Of a stretch of DNA of 64,000 nt, positions 48,775 to 57,661 are shown one piece after another (position 1 is the stretch's first letter; each line of letters opens with the position of its first letter). A model generated the notes under the pieces. That model saw only the letters and a list, made by a program, of their open reading frames with translations, was not told the origin of the DNA and ran no database searches. The translations under genes and the position numbers were made by a program. Where the stretch lies: positions 188,611 to 252,610 of the IMG/VR virus record IMGVR_UViG_3300045988_119718; one strand, given 5' to 3'. This stretch comes from a virus.

Positions 48775-48945
48775 TTATACTTCGTTCCGAAGTTCATTCA
48801 GTGTCTTTCCACTTTGCTTAAGTAGAAGACTGAATGCGTACAGCTTGGACTCTTCGTCATTAGACTTACTACAATCTTTCATGATGCGACTATAGTAGTC
48901 TAAGAGTTTAAATCCGAACTCTTTTTTGCTTTCATTGATAACCAT
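48775..48945 (-). CDS. Small paralog A (56 aa): MVINESKKEFGFKLLDYYSRIMKDCSKSNDEESKLYAFSLLLKQSGKTLNELRNEV.
   Basis: Manual translation. The leader TATAACCTAGGAGGTGATTAGT-ATG is identical in all three paralogs. Confidence 0.5.
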   Translation of the reverse strand: MVINESKKEFGFKLLDYYSRIMKDCSKSNDEESKLYAFSLLLKQSGKTLNELRNEV

Positions 48946-49104
48946 ACTAATCACCTCCTAGGTTATAACGGCTTATATATGCTATATTTGGAGTATAGCA
49001 TATATAAGCAAAAGCATAATATATTTTAACCATACCCAATATTGGGTATGGTTAAAATCAATGTGGTAATTAAGAATAATTATAGGAATAACTATTAAAT
49101 AAAC

Positions 49105-49278
49105 CTAGGGTTGATTTAATACTATATCTTCTATAATTCCTTTATATCTGGGTATTATCTGATCAATTACCCATTGTTTAGATTCTCTATCACTTGAATC
49201 TTTTAACCCTATCATAATAGAATTATAGTAATCAAGCAATTTCAAACCAAACTCTTCTTTTGTTTCATTGATAACCAT
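49105..49278 (-). CDS. Small paralog B (57 aa): MVINETKEEFGLKLLDYYNSIMIGLKDSSDRESKQ...
   Basis: Manual translation with the same leader and SD. Confidence 0.5.
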   Translation of the reverse strand: MVINETKEEFGLKLLDYYNSIMIGLKDSSDRESKQWVIDQIIPRYKGIIEDIVLNQP

Positions 49279-49424
49279 ATAGTATCACCTCCTAGGTTAT
49301 AACAGGGTATGTAGCTAATATTTTAGGTATATTAGCTACATACCTAAAACTATTATACTAATTTCTATACCAGATATCTGGTATAGAAATTAATAACTAA
49401 AAGAACTAGTAAGTAAATCTAGGA

Positions 49425-49598
49425 TTACTTAGCAGAACAACATATATCATCAAGTATGTTTTTACTCTGTTTAAGTAATATGCTAAAAGCATAGTGCTTA
49501 GTTTTTTCATCCTTAGAATCATTATATTCGGTCATTAACTTTGTATAATGATTAAGAAGTTTCAAACCAAACTCCTCTTTAGTTTCATTGATAACCAT
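49425..49598 (-). CDS. Small paralog C (57 aa): MVINETKEEFGLKLLNHYTKLMTEYNDSKDEKTKHYAFSILLKQSKNILDDICCSAK.
   Basis: Track ORF 49425..49607 trimmed to ATG 49598 behind the SD AGGAGGTGA. Confidence 0.5.
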   Translation of the reverse strand: MVINETKEEFGLKLLNHYTKLMTEYNDSKDEKTKHYAFSILLKQSKNILDDICCSAK

Positions 49599-49794
49599 AC
49601 TAATCACCTCCTAGGTTATACAACGGCTTATAGTTAATATATTCCTAGTATATTAACTATAAGCAAAATGAAATTTATTTTAACTCTATCCAATATTGGA
49701 TAGAGTTAAATACTGTTTATCATAAATATGATATATAATCGAAAAAGAAAATAAATATTATCCCAGCCTATTATTAGGCTGGGATAATACCTTG

Positions 49795-50052
49795 TTATTT
49801 TTTAAAGGTATTGTATAAAGTTTTACACCATGCTCCAATACCTAATAATTCTGACATAGAAAGGAGCCATAAAAATTCTTTCCAACTATTCACGCAATAA
49901 TAAGAGCCATCATAAACGAATGTGATAGCTTTATAATACATGAAACCATAAATAGCTATTGCAGCTAGCAATACAGCTAAAGAACCAATGAGGGCATTCC
50001 TATCTTTATTAAAAAGTGCAGCTACAATTACGAATAAAGAAAGTAAAATCAT
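49795..50052 (-). CDS. Small membrane protein, 2 TM, 85 aa (holin-like candidate).
   Basis: Hydrophobic helices. Paired with a similar neighbour. Confidence 0.45.
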   Translation of the reverse strand: MILLSLFVIVAALFNKDRNALIGSLAVLLAAIAIYGFMYYKAITFVYDGSYYCVNSWKEFLWLLSMSELLGIGAWCKTLYNTFKK

Positions 50053-50066
50053 AATTCAATTCCTCC

Positions 50067-50312
50067 TTAATGCTTGAATACATAAATCAGATACACTACT
50101 TCTGTAGCTAATAAAGCTGTGAAGAGAGTATAAAAACCATAAATGAAAGTGACTGCATACCAGACTAGAAGTATGATTACACTAACGATGAAAAATGCTA
50201 AAGCAACTCTATCGTTGCTTAAACGAGTACCTGTATGGTAATCGTTTGTAGTTTTAGCGATAGCAATATCGCTAATAACTTCGTAAATAGTTAATAATAA
50301 ATACAGAATCAT
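50067..50312 (-). CDS. Small membrane protein, 2-3 TM, 81 aa.
   Basis: Hydrophobic helices. Confidence 0.45.
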   Translation of the reverse strand: MILYLLLTIYEVISDIAIAKTTNDYHTGTRLSNDRVALAFFIVSVIILLVWYAVTFIYGFYTLFTALLATEVVYLIYVFKH

Positions 50313-50439
50313 AATAATCGTCCTCCTTATAGAATGAAATGAAATACTTATATTCTATTCACTTCTATAATATATAAGCAAGATTCTTCAATATTACAAA
50401 GACTAACTTTATAGTAAACTCATGTAAGGTGGTGAATGT

Positions 50440-50868
50440 ATGGATATACAACGTGCTGCTAATAAAGAAATTATTAGTGATAAATATGCTGAATACTCTT
50501 TATCTATAACTGAATTTAATCGACCGGAAATAGCTACCGGTGCTAAAGCCATTATACAGAAAATCATTCAACTTATCTTTATGAATCCTGGTACGTATCC
50601 TACTAAACCTTATATGGGAATAGGGTTTATAAAAAAATATAGATACTCATTTATGGATAATATTGATGAGCTGAATGAAGAAGTTAAAGAACAAATAAGG
50701 ACATATTTACCTGAGTTTCAAACAGTAAATGTAGAGTTTAGTAATATGAATGAAAAAGTTAATCAGTTAGTTATTTTTATTACAGTGGATTATATGACGT
50801 ATTCTTTAGTATTAGATACTAGTAAGAAAACTTTAAGTTGGTTAAACAATGGGAGATATAATTTATAA
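50440..50868 (+). CDS. gp25/GPW-like baseplate wedge protein candidate, 142 aa.
   Basis: Size and the motif IIQLIFMNPGTYPTKPYMGIGF resemble the gp25-family core (..GER...PxFG..L). Confidence 0.35.
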   Translation: MDIQRAANKEIISDKYAEYSLSITEFNRPEIATGAKAIIQKIIQLIFMNPGTYPTKPYMGIGFIKKYRYSFMDNIDELNEEVKEQIRTYLPEFQTVNVEFSNMNEKVNQLVIFITVDYMTYSLVLDTSKKTLSWLNNGRYNL

Positions 50869-50886
50869 TATTTAAGGAGGATAAAC

Positions 50887-52590
50887 ATGGAAGATAGAAA
50901 TATTGCACCAAATACTTCTACTAAAAAAGAAAAAATATCTTTATCAGATATTGTTAGAGCTAAGGGTGTAGTAAAACCTCTTAGTGAACAAAACCTTGAT
51001 AACGTAACTAGAAGTGATGTTAAGGTTAAACAAGTAGAAGACCCAGCTATGAAAACTAGAGATGAATATCTCAAAAAGATTGATGATGGGTTTGATAGAG
51101 TAAAGAAGTCAATATATGAAGAACGTATTAAACCGTATATTGATGAACAGAAGCAAATAGCTGAAGAAAAAGAATTCGATGGAGAAATTGATGTTGCTAG
51201 TTTAGCAGATATTGCTGCATATAAAGCTCAGCATAAAGAAGCTAATAAACAACAAAAAGTTTCGATAGAGAATTTGCCAAAAGAAGAAGCACTTTCTACT
51301 ACTAACGAAGTAAAAGAAGAACCCAAATCTTCTACCCCAGATTTCTTAGATAAACCAATTAGCGAAATCGATTTTGATGAAAATGATTTCAACTATGATC
51401 TTATTTCTGATGAAGAAGATACATCTGATGAAGAATTAGATGAAGATGCTAATGATGAAAAGTTAGAAGATGAAGAAGATACTGAAGCTAAAGAAGTTGA
51501 ACAGAGAGAAAAAGAAAAAGAAGAACTTAGACAGAAAAGTGAAATTGTTAAACAGTTTATTACACCAGAATCTATAGATTTATCTGGATTTACAGAATCT
51601 AGCAAAACTATTAATATTAATACTGCTATTAATCATATTAGTGAAGTAGATCCTAAGTTTACTGAATCTAAATCAGTAGTATTATATAATACTGGTAAAA
51701 CTATTTCATTTACTCCTCTTACTGGTTCTGAAATTGTAGCTCTTTCTTCTGATAACTTTAGCTCTGAATTAGAACTGTATAAGAAATCATTCTATACTAT
51801 GTATACTCATGATGTATCTCCAGATAAACCAAAGAGCTTTATTGCATGGGCTAAAAGTATTGATGCTGGTGATTTAAATCAGTTATTCTTTGGTTTATAT
51901 AATGCTACATTTGGTGATTCTAACTATATCGGTTATCAATGCCCAAAATGTAATGCATTCTTTATGAAAAAATACTCAATCGATAAGATGTGGGATTTTG
52001 CTAAGGATGCTATAAAAGAACAGAAAGAAAGATATACTTTTATTAAAGAACATGGTGAATCAGAAGAGAACTTTAAATCTAAAATCAAAAGATACAATCT
52101 CTCCAAAGATTATATAATTCAGCTTAAACCAAGATCAATTTATAATTTGCTTGAATTAGATTATCTCGATAATGATTTTAAACGTAAATATAGTTCTATT
52201 GTACAAGCTATAGGATATATTGATAAAGTATTCTTTGTAGATTATTTGCACCATCAGCTTACACCAGTAGATTTTAAAGTAGATAGAGATTCTATCGTTA
52301 AAACTATTAAGAATAAATGTATTGTCCTTTATAAAGTATTATCTTCCATTACACCAGATAATTACTCTTTGTATAGTGGTATGATTTATAATTATTATAT
52401 TGAAGAAGCTAAATGCTTATCATTAATTAATTATCATATCCCAGCTACAGATTGCAATGAAAAAATTAAAGAAGGTGCTAATAAAGGTATGCTGTGCAAT
52501 GAGCATATCAAAGAATTAGAAATTAGCCCTTATAATATGCTTTTTACACGGCATCAGTTGGTAATGCAGAGCACCTTACACGTCGATTAA
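50887..52590 (+). CDS. Hypothetical protein with an acidic middle region, 567 aa.
   Basis: ORF with SD AAGGAGG. Confidence 0.6.
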   Translation: MEDRNIAPNTSTKKEKISLSDIVRAKGVVKPLSEQNLDNVTRSDVKVKQVEDPAMKTRDEYLKKIDDGFDRVKKSIYEERIKPYIDEQKQIAEEKEFDGEIDVASLADIAAYKAQHKEANKQQKVSIENLPKEEALSTTNEVKEEPKSSTPDFLDKPISEIDFDENDFNYDLISDEEDTSDEELDEDANDEKLEDEEDTEAKEVEQREKEKEELRQKSEIVKQFITPESIDLSGFTESSKTININTAINHISEVDPKFTESKSVVLYNTGKTISFTPLTGSEIVALSSDNFSSELELYKKSFYTMYTHDVSPDKPKSFIAWAKSIDAGDLNQLFFGLYNATFGDSNYIGYQCPKCNAFFMKKYSIDKMWDFAKDAIKEQKERYTFIKEHGESEENFKSKIKRYNLSKDYIIQLKPRSIYNLLELDYLDNDFKRKYSSIVQAIGYIDKVFFVDYLHHQLTPVDFKVDRDSIVKTIKNKCIVLYKVLSSITPDNYSLYSGMIYNYYIEEAKCLSLINYHIPATDCNEKIKEGANKGMLCNEHIKELEISPYNMLFTRHQLVMQSTLHVD

Positions 52591-52595
52591 TTGCT

Positions 52596-52886
52596 TTGCA
52601 GAATGCCTTTAGAAGAGGGTTTGATTTAATCGCCGCTAAAGACCAACCAATGGGATTTATTCATACTTTATACTATTATCAAGTAGAAAAATCCATAGAA
52701 GATGCTAAAAAAGAGGAAATGCGAATTGCTAAAGAAAAACAACAGCAAGCTGTAAATGCCAGATTAAATAGAAGGCAACAATTAATGGGTCGAAGACCTG
52801 TTAATAATTCTCCTGCTGTTAATGATTCTTATAGTGATTCTGCAAATATCGACGCTGAAGACTTAGAAGATGCTTTCGGTATATAA
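52596..52886 (+). CDS. Small hypothetical protein (weak TTG start; the frame is open from 52536).
   Basis: ORF with no convincing SD. Confidence 0.3.
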   Translation: MQNAFRRGFDLIAAKDQPMGFIHTLYYYQVEKSIEDAKKEEMRIAKEKQQQAVNARLNRRQQLMGRRPVNNSPAVNDSYSDSANIDAEDLEDAFGI

Positions 52887-52961
52887 TCCTAATATAAATT
52901 TTTGGAGGAATTGAAATTGACTTTAATTCAATTTGCTGAGAAAATAAATGTTAGGAGTAAT

Positions 52962-53243
52962 ATGAGTATATTTTGTAATCACTTTGAAGAGATTATAGTT
53001 CTATATAAAGTATTATCATACTATATAGATATCTATAATCTCTCAGTGGTTATAAGCACCAAACAATTATCCAATAATACAGTTAATCTTAAAGCTAATA
53101 TTTCTTGTACTAATATAGAAGTATTGAAAGAATTAATAGAAAGATTCAATAATAGTTCTTTTATTATATTTGAAAGAAATCTTAAATGTAAGATAAACTT
53201 ATTAAAGAATAATACTATAAATATCATTATTACTAAAAGATAG
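52962..53243 (+). CDS. Small hypothetical protein (start ambiguous: ATG 52962 behind TAGGAG, or TTG 52902).
   Basis: ORF only. Confidence 0.3.
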   Translation: MSIFCNHFEEIIVLYKVLSYYIDIYNLSVVISTKQLSNNTVNLKANISCTNIEVLKELIERFNNSSFIIFERNLKCKINLLKNNTINIIITKR

Positions 53244-53329
53244 AGTCTATATAGGCTCTATCTCTATTTTAGTTATTTAGGGATAACTATGACATTATTA
53301 TAATTTATAAGAAAAGGAGGTAATTAAAG

Positions 53330-54865
53330 TTGGCTGAACAAAAAGACTTCTTATCTATTAATCCTTTAGATATAGAAAAGTTTATTAAGGTTAATGAGCT
53401 TAAAGAAGTTACAAATCCTATATTCTTTTCTGCTAATAATGTACCTACATCAGATGGGTTATTATCCAATGAAATATTTGGTATTACAATGAATTCACGC
53501 TCTAATGTATTTGCATATATTAATCTAGGGGGTAAATACTTTATACACCCTATGATATATGCAATATGGAAGAAAGTAGACCGTAATATAGTGAAGTGCG
53601 TTCACTCTGTTTCTAATTTTAGATTATCTAATGAAGGCTATTTGGAAGAAAACGAAGACGGAGAAACAGGTATAGATTTCTTAAGAAAGAATATATCTAA
53701 AATCCATTTTAAACAATCAGATTCTTTCGTAAGAAAAGCTAATATAGCTTTCTTAGAGAAATTTAAAAATATTATGTTTATAAAGAACTATATAGTTATT
53801 CCAGCTTACTATAGAGATGTATCTACGGATGGAGGCAAAGTAGGTGTAGGCGATATAAACAAATTATATCAATACTTACTTATGGCTTGTAATTCTTTAA
53901 AAGAAATGGATCAATTAGGTATTACTACTTATGATGCTACTGTAGGAAGAATACAAGATTTATTATTAGAGATATATAGTTATTTTACTAAAGGTGAAGT
54001 ACAAGGTAAAACTACAGGTGCTGGTATAGCGGGTAAATTTGGTATATTACAGCATGGTGTGCAATCTAAGACAACAGACTATTCATCTAGATTAGTCATC
54101 TCTGCTCCTAATTTAAAAGTAGAAAGTATGGATGACTTACTTACTGATGTAGATCATGTAGCTTTACCATTAGCATCTGCTATTACCAATTTCTATCCTT
54201 TTGTATTAGCATATGTAAGACAGTTCTTTATGAATGAGTATAATAATAACCCTATAAGAAATGTATACTCTTCATCTACTAATACTAAAGAATTTAAAAA
54301 AGTAAAACTTAAAGATTATAGAATCAGTTTCTCTGATGATGTATTGAAAGAAGAAATAGATAGATTTATTCATGGTATTGCAAATAGATTTAGGCCTATA
54401 GAATTACCTACAGAAGATCCAAAATATCCTGTGGTATATATTAACTTTAAAGGTAGACATGCTACAGAAGAAGAAGTTACTAACGATTTAGAAAAAGAAG
54501 ATGATAATAGAGTACCTATTACTGAAAGAGTAATGACATGGTGTGATTTATTATACATGGCAGCTATAGAAGTAACAGCTGATAAAATGGTATTGATAAC
54601 AAGATATCCTATTGATAGTTGTTATAACCAATTCCCATGTGGTATTAATGTATCTTCTACAATTAAGACTGAACCTATGGTAATTAACCATAAGCTGTAT
54701 AAACATTATCCATATATTAGAACTGAAGATATTGGTAAGAATACTACTAATAAATTCATAGATACTTTAAACATCAGTAATGTTTATTTAGGTTCTATAG
54801 GTGGAGATTATAGAAAACCCATTGTAATCTCGTTAATCAACCTACTAAACTGCGGGGAACTCTTT
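53330..54865 (+). CDS. Multisubunit RNA polymerase beta-prime subunit, N-terminal part, exon 1 (up to ..NLLNCGELF). The track ORF continues to a stop at 54892 inside the intron.
   Basis: GKFGILQHGVQSKTTDYSSRLVISAPNLKV matches beta-prime [28 protein letters not shown]. IPAYYRDVSTDGGKVGVGDINKLYQYLLMACNSL matches [47 protein letters not shown]. Confidence 0.6.
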
Positions 54866-55724
54866 AAAAACCTAATAACCAAGCTATTATAGTAATATAA
54901 TAGTGGCGATTAGTAACGGAATCGGTATGGTAAAATCATTAGGTATTTAGACAATCAAACGCAACCAAGCTTCCATTCTAATTACTAGTATGGAAGAAGG
55001 CTCATCGACTATCGAACAGCAATTATTAAATTAATTGAACTTAGTAGAGTAGGGTTAATAACTGGCCCGAAAGAGTAGGCTATTATAAATTGCCATACAA
55101 TATTATAAAATACTTATTGGAGGATTTTATAATATGATAAAAATTTTAAATATTTTAGATATAAAACCAAATATGTACTCTATAAATGAAAACGGTATAG
55201 TTAAAAATATTAGAAGAAATAAAATATTATCAACACAATTATTCGTAAACGGGTATTTTACTGTTCATTTACAAACTACAACTAACGGAAGGCATTCATA
55301 TTACATCCATCAACTAGTAGCATATGCATTTTTACCCAAACCCAATTCAAAGGTAATAGTAAATCATAAAGATTTAAATAAGCAGAATAATAATGTAGAT
55401 AATTTAGAGTGGACTACTTATTCTATAAATAATAAATGGGAAAATAGAAATAATAATCCGCCTATTATAAAAACCAGAGGGTTGTGGAGTAAAGGCGAAA
55501 CTACATGTGGTGAAAATAATGGAATGCATATATATTCAAACGAAACGATAGAGTTGATTTGTAAAGCATTAGAAAAAGGGCTTAACTATACCGATACTTT
55601 AAAATATGCTAAATTACCTATAACAAATAACAATAGATATTTAGTTAGTCATATAAATAGAGGAAGTAGATGGAAATGTATATCTAAAAAATATAAATTG
55701 GCATATAATAGATAATATAGTCAG
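54866..55724 (+). mobile_element. Group I-like intron (about 859 nt) interrupting the RNAP beta-prime gene and carrying an HNH homing-endonuclease ORF. P7 is formed by GACUAU (55007-55012) and AUAGUC (55717-55722). Boundaries are approximate to within a few nt.
   Basis: Exon 1 ends in U, the intron ends in G (55724), and S-like AAUAUAGUC and R-like GACUA elements are present. Exon 2 starts exactly at the codon boundary encoding NSTDLDGDQ. Confidence 0.55.
55134..55715 (+). CDS. HNH homing endonuclease (I-HmuI/NUMOD-like), 193 aa, intron-encoded.
   Basis: NGYFTVHL...GRHSYYIHQLVAYAFLPKPNSKVIVNHKDLNKQNNNVDNLEW matches the HNH_3 pattern. SD GGAGG. Confidence 0.65.
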   Translation: MIKILNILDIKPNMYSINENGIVKNIRRNKILSTQLFVNGYFTVHLQTTTNGRHSYYIHQLVAYAFLPKPNSKVIVNHKDLNKQNNNVDNLEWTTYSINNKWENRNNNPPIIKTRGLWSKGETTCGENNGMHIYSNETIELICKALEKGLNYTDTLKYAKLPITNNNRYLVSHINRGSRWKCISKKYKLAYNR

Positions 55725-55946
55725 AATTCAACTGATTTGGATGGTGATCAGGTTACAGTTAAATCTGTATATTCTATAGAGGCTAATAATGAACTTAGAA
55801 ATCAATTAAATTCTAAGAGACATTTTATAGCTTTAGGTGGTAATAATATAATGGAAACTACTAATGAAGGTGTAGCTGCATTATACGCACTTACTATGAA
55901 TCCTACTTCTGAAAAAGAAGGAATATATACAGACCCAATATTTTAA
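55725..55946 (+). CDS. RNAP beta-prime N-terminal subunit, exon 2 (NSTDLDGDQVTVKSVYSIEANNELRNQLNSKRHFIALGGNNIMETTNEGVAALYALTMNP...). It contains the catalytic Asp triad.
   Basis: Aligns with [57 protein letters not shown]. The track starts it at TTG 55737, which would delete the first Asp. Confidence 0.55.
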   Translation, partial: NSTDLDGDQVTVKSVYSIEANNELRNQLNSKRHFIALGGNNIMETTNEGVAALYALTMNPTSEKEGIYTDPIF

Positions 55947-55970
55947 TTAGTATATAAGTATATACAAATT

Positions 55971-55994
55971 GGTAATAGGCATATGCCTATTACC
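55971..55994. terminator. Perfect 24-bp palindrome GGTAATAGGCATATGCCTATTACC followed by a T-rich tract.
   Basis: Lies just after the beta-prime exon-2 stop and is likely a terminator or operator. Confidence 0.45.
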
Positions 55995-56025
55995 AATTAT
56001 ATTTTATTATAAAGGAGGAGTAATT

Positions 56026-56817
56026 ATGATATCAGCATTTTCTAATGAAGTAAGAGATCTAATATATAAATTAGATTCTATTCCAAGAAAACAGGATTTA
56101 TTAATTTCATCTATTGGCACTGATAGTTTAGTAAAGAGAATTGACACCAGTATTGAGCAGGCTATTGCTAATAAACCAAGTCGGTTGAGAAAAGTACATT
56201 ATGACTTGTTTAAAGGTGACTTTGTACCAGTTATAGCTTTTTCTAGTAAAAAAAAGCTTGTATATGTTTTGTATTATAAAGATAAGACTTATTCACCTTC
56301 CGATACAATTTTTGATAATACATCTGATTCAGATATAGTACTTAGTACTTTAATAAGTAATAGTTGCCCTGTAAAAATAATTGATAAAAATACAGGTAAA
56401 AGTAATGTTAAAAATAAAACTGTATATATAATCACTTCAGAGTATGCTAGGTATTTATCAGAGAAAGATTCATATCAGTATTACCCAGCTTTTATCCAAT
56501 ATATTTATACTCTTCTTAGAGATCATATTTTGTATGGTAAAAAACAGTACGGAATACCATATCTCTTTTTTGGGACTCTTCCAAATGGTAGAGTTTATGA
56601 AGAAAGAATTATAGAAGATAAATACTCGCACTTTTCAGTTCGTGTTTATATGTATTATTATCTTGCTATAGTTTATCATTTATATTGTAAATATGCTAAT
56701 GATATTGATGATTTACCGTTACAAAGATTCTATAGTTCTATAAAAGAAATGAAACTATACGATTCATATGAAGATTTTGTAGAAGAGAATAAGAAACTTA
56801 AAGAAATATTAAATTAA
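56026..56817 (+). CDS. Hypothetical protein (about 263 aa). Start revised to ATG 56026.
   Basis: SD AAAGGAGGAG lies before ATG 56026. The track start 55969 sits inside the palindrome. Confidence 0.5.
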   Translation: MISAFSNEVRDLIYKLDSIPRKQDLLISSIGTDSLVKRIDTSIEQAIANKPSRLRKVHYDLFKGDFVPVIAFSSKKKLVYVLYYKDKTYSPSDTIFDNTSDSDIVLSTLISNSCPVKIIDKNTGKSNVKNKTVYIITSEYARYLSEKDSYQYYPAFIQYIYTLLRDHILYGKKQYGIPYLFFGTLPNGRVYEERIIEDKYSHFSVRVYMYYYLAIVYHLYCKYANDIDDLPLQRFYSSIKEMKLYDSYEDFVEENKKLKEILN

Positions 56818-57043
56818 AAATAATTACACAAGTAACTACATAGTATGAATAAAAAATATTATTTTTTAAAATAGTATGTACTATTTAGTAAGTATATATG
56901 TTTAGGCTCATACAGCAATATTATTATAACCACTATAAGAAGAATTGGTAATTCTATCTAAACGAGCCTAGTAAAAATGTTAGACTGTAACAGCAACTCT
57001 TTATAAATATGAATAGGAAACTTCGTATAAACAATCTAGATTT

Positions 57044-57118
57044 GGTCCTATAGTTCAACGGTTAGAACGCATGCCTTATAAGCGTGTCATGAAGTTTCGA
57101 CTACTTCTAGGACCACCA
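57044..57118 (+). tRNA. tRNA-Ile (anticodon UAU) with encoded CCA.
   Basis: Manual cloverleaf: acceptor GGTCCTA/TAGGACC, anticodon arm CATGC-CTTATAA-GCGTG, T-loop TTCGACT. Confidence 0.6.
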
Positions 57119-57138
57119 TTTTATTATATACTTACAAC

Positions 57139-57226
57139 GGATGTATGGCCGAGTGGTTTAAGGCACCAGTCTTGAAAACTGGCATAGAGAAATCTATCTG
57201 GGGTTCAAATCCCTATGCATCCGCCA
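57139..57226 (+). tRNA. tRNA-Ser (anticodon UGA), long variable arm, with CCA.
   Basis: Acceptor GGATGTA/TGCATCC, anticodon arm CCAGT-CTTGAAA-ACTGG, discriminator G. Confidence 0.65.
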
Positions 57227-57233
57227 TTTTTAT

Positions 57234-57309
57234 TCCTGAATAGCTCAGTCGGTAGAGCGTGTGACTGTTAATCACAATGTCGTAGGTTCGATCCCTACTT
57301 CAGGAGCCA
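57234..57309 (+). tRNA. tRNA-Asn (anticodon GUU) with CCA.
   Basis: Acceptor TCCTGAA/TTCAGGA, D-arm AGCTCAGTCGGTAGAGC, anticodon loop CTGTTAA, T-loop TTCGATC. Confidence 0.7.
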
Positions 57310-57310
57310 T

Positions 57311-57385
57311 CGGGGAATAGTACAAAGGTCAGTATGCTTGGCTTTGACCCAAGAGATTTGAGTTCGATTCTCAATTCCCCTGCCA
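57311..57385 (+). tRNA. tRNA-Gln (anticodon UUG) with CCA. There is a 1-72 mismatch.
   Basis: Anticodon arm CTTGG-CTTTGAC-CCAAG, T-arm TTGAG-TTCGATT-CTCAA, discriminator G. Confidence 0.55.
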
Positions 57386-57661
57386 TTTTATATACTCCCT
57401 TATAGTTTTATTTTCTTGTTTTTCTGGTTTCTATAAGGGTTTATATATACAGATTTGGTCATTATAGAGTCTTTCTAGATAAGGCTCACCGGTAATGATT
57501 TTAGATTCATACAGCAACAACTAAACACATAGATTTGTTCCAAAGGGGAAGAACTTATGCCTTCTACGGGAGCTAAGTTCGATACATAAGTCCAAGGACT
57601 ATCTTTTAGAATCTAGCAAATCAAAACTAGATAGTTACAGACTTATGTATTTTATATCTCA

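Noticed and set aside
52536-52600. Possible -1 frameshift linking the 567-aa gene to the downstream 96-aa ORF.
   Set aside because: The overlap region CTTTTTAC is not a canonical X_XXY_YYZ slippery heptamer in the upstream frame, and there is no downstream structure.
55737-55946. Treating the 69-aa track ORF as an independent TTG-initiated gene.
   Set aside because: Its TTG start would delete the first catalytic Asp of the NSTDLDGD motif. The frame is open from 55716 and continues the beta-prime alignment, so it was interpreted as an exon.
57480-57660. Attempted fold of an additional tRNA around the GTTCGAT motif.
   Set aside because: No acceptor or anticodon stems could be paired. It was left as an unexplained element in the findings rather than called.
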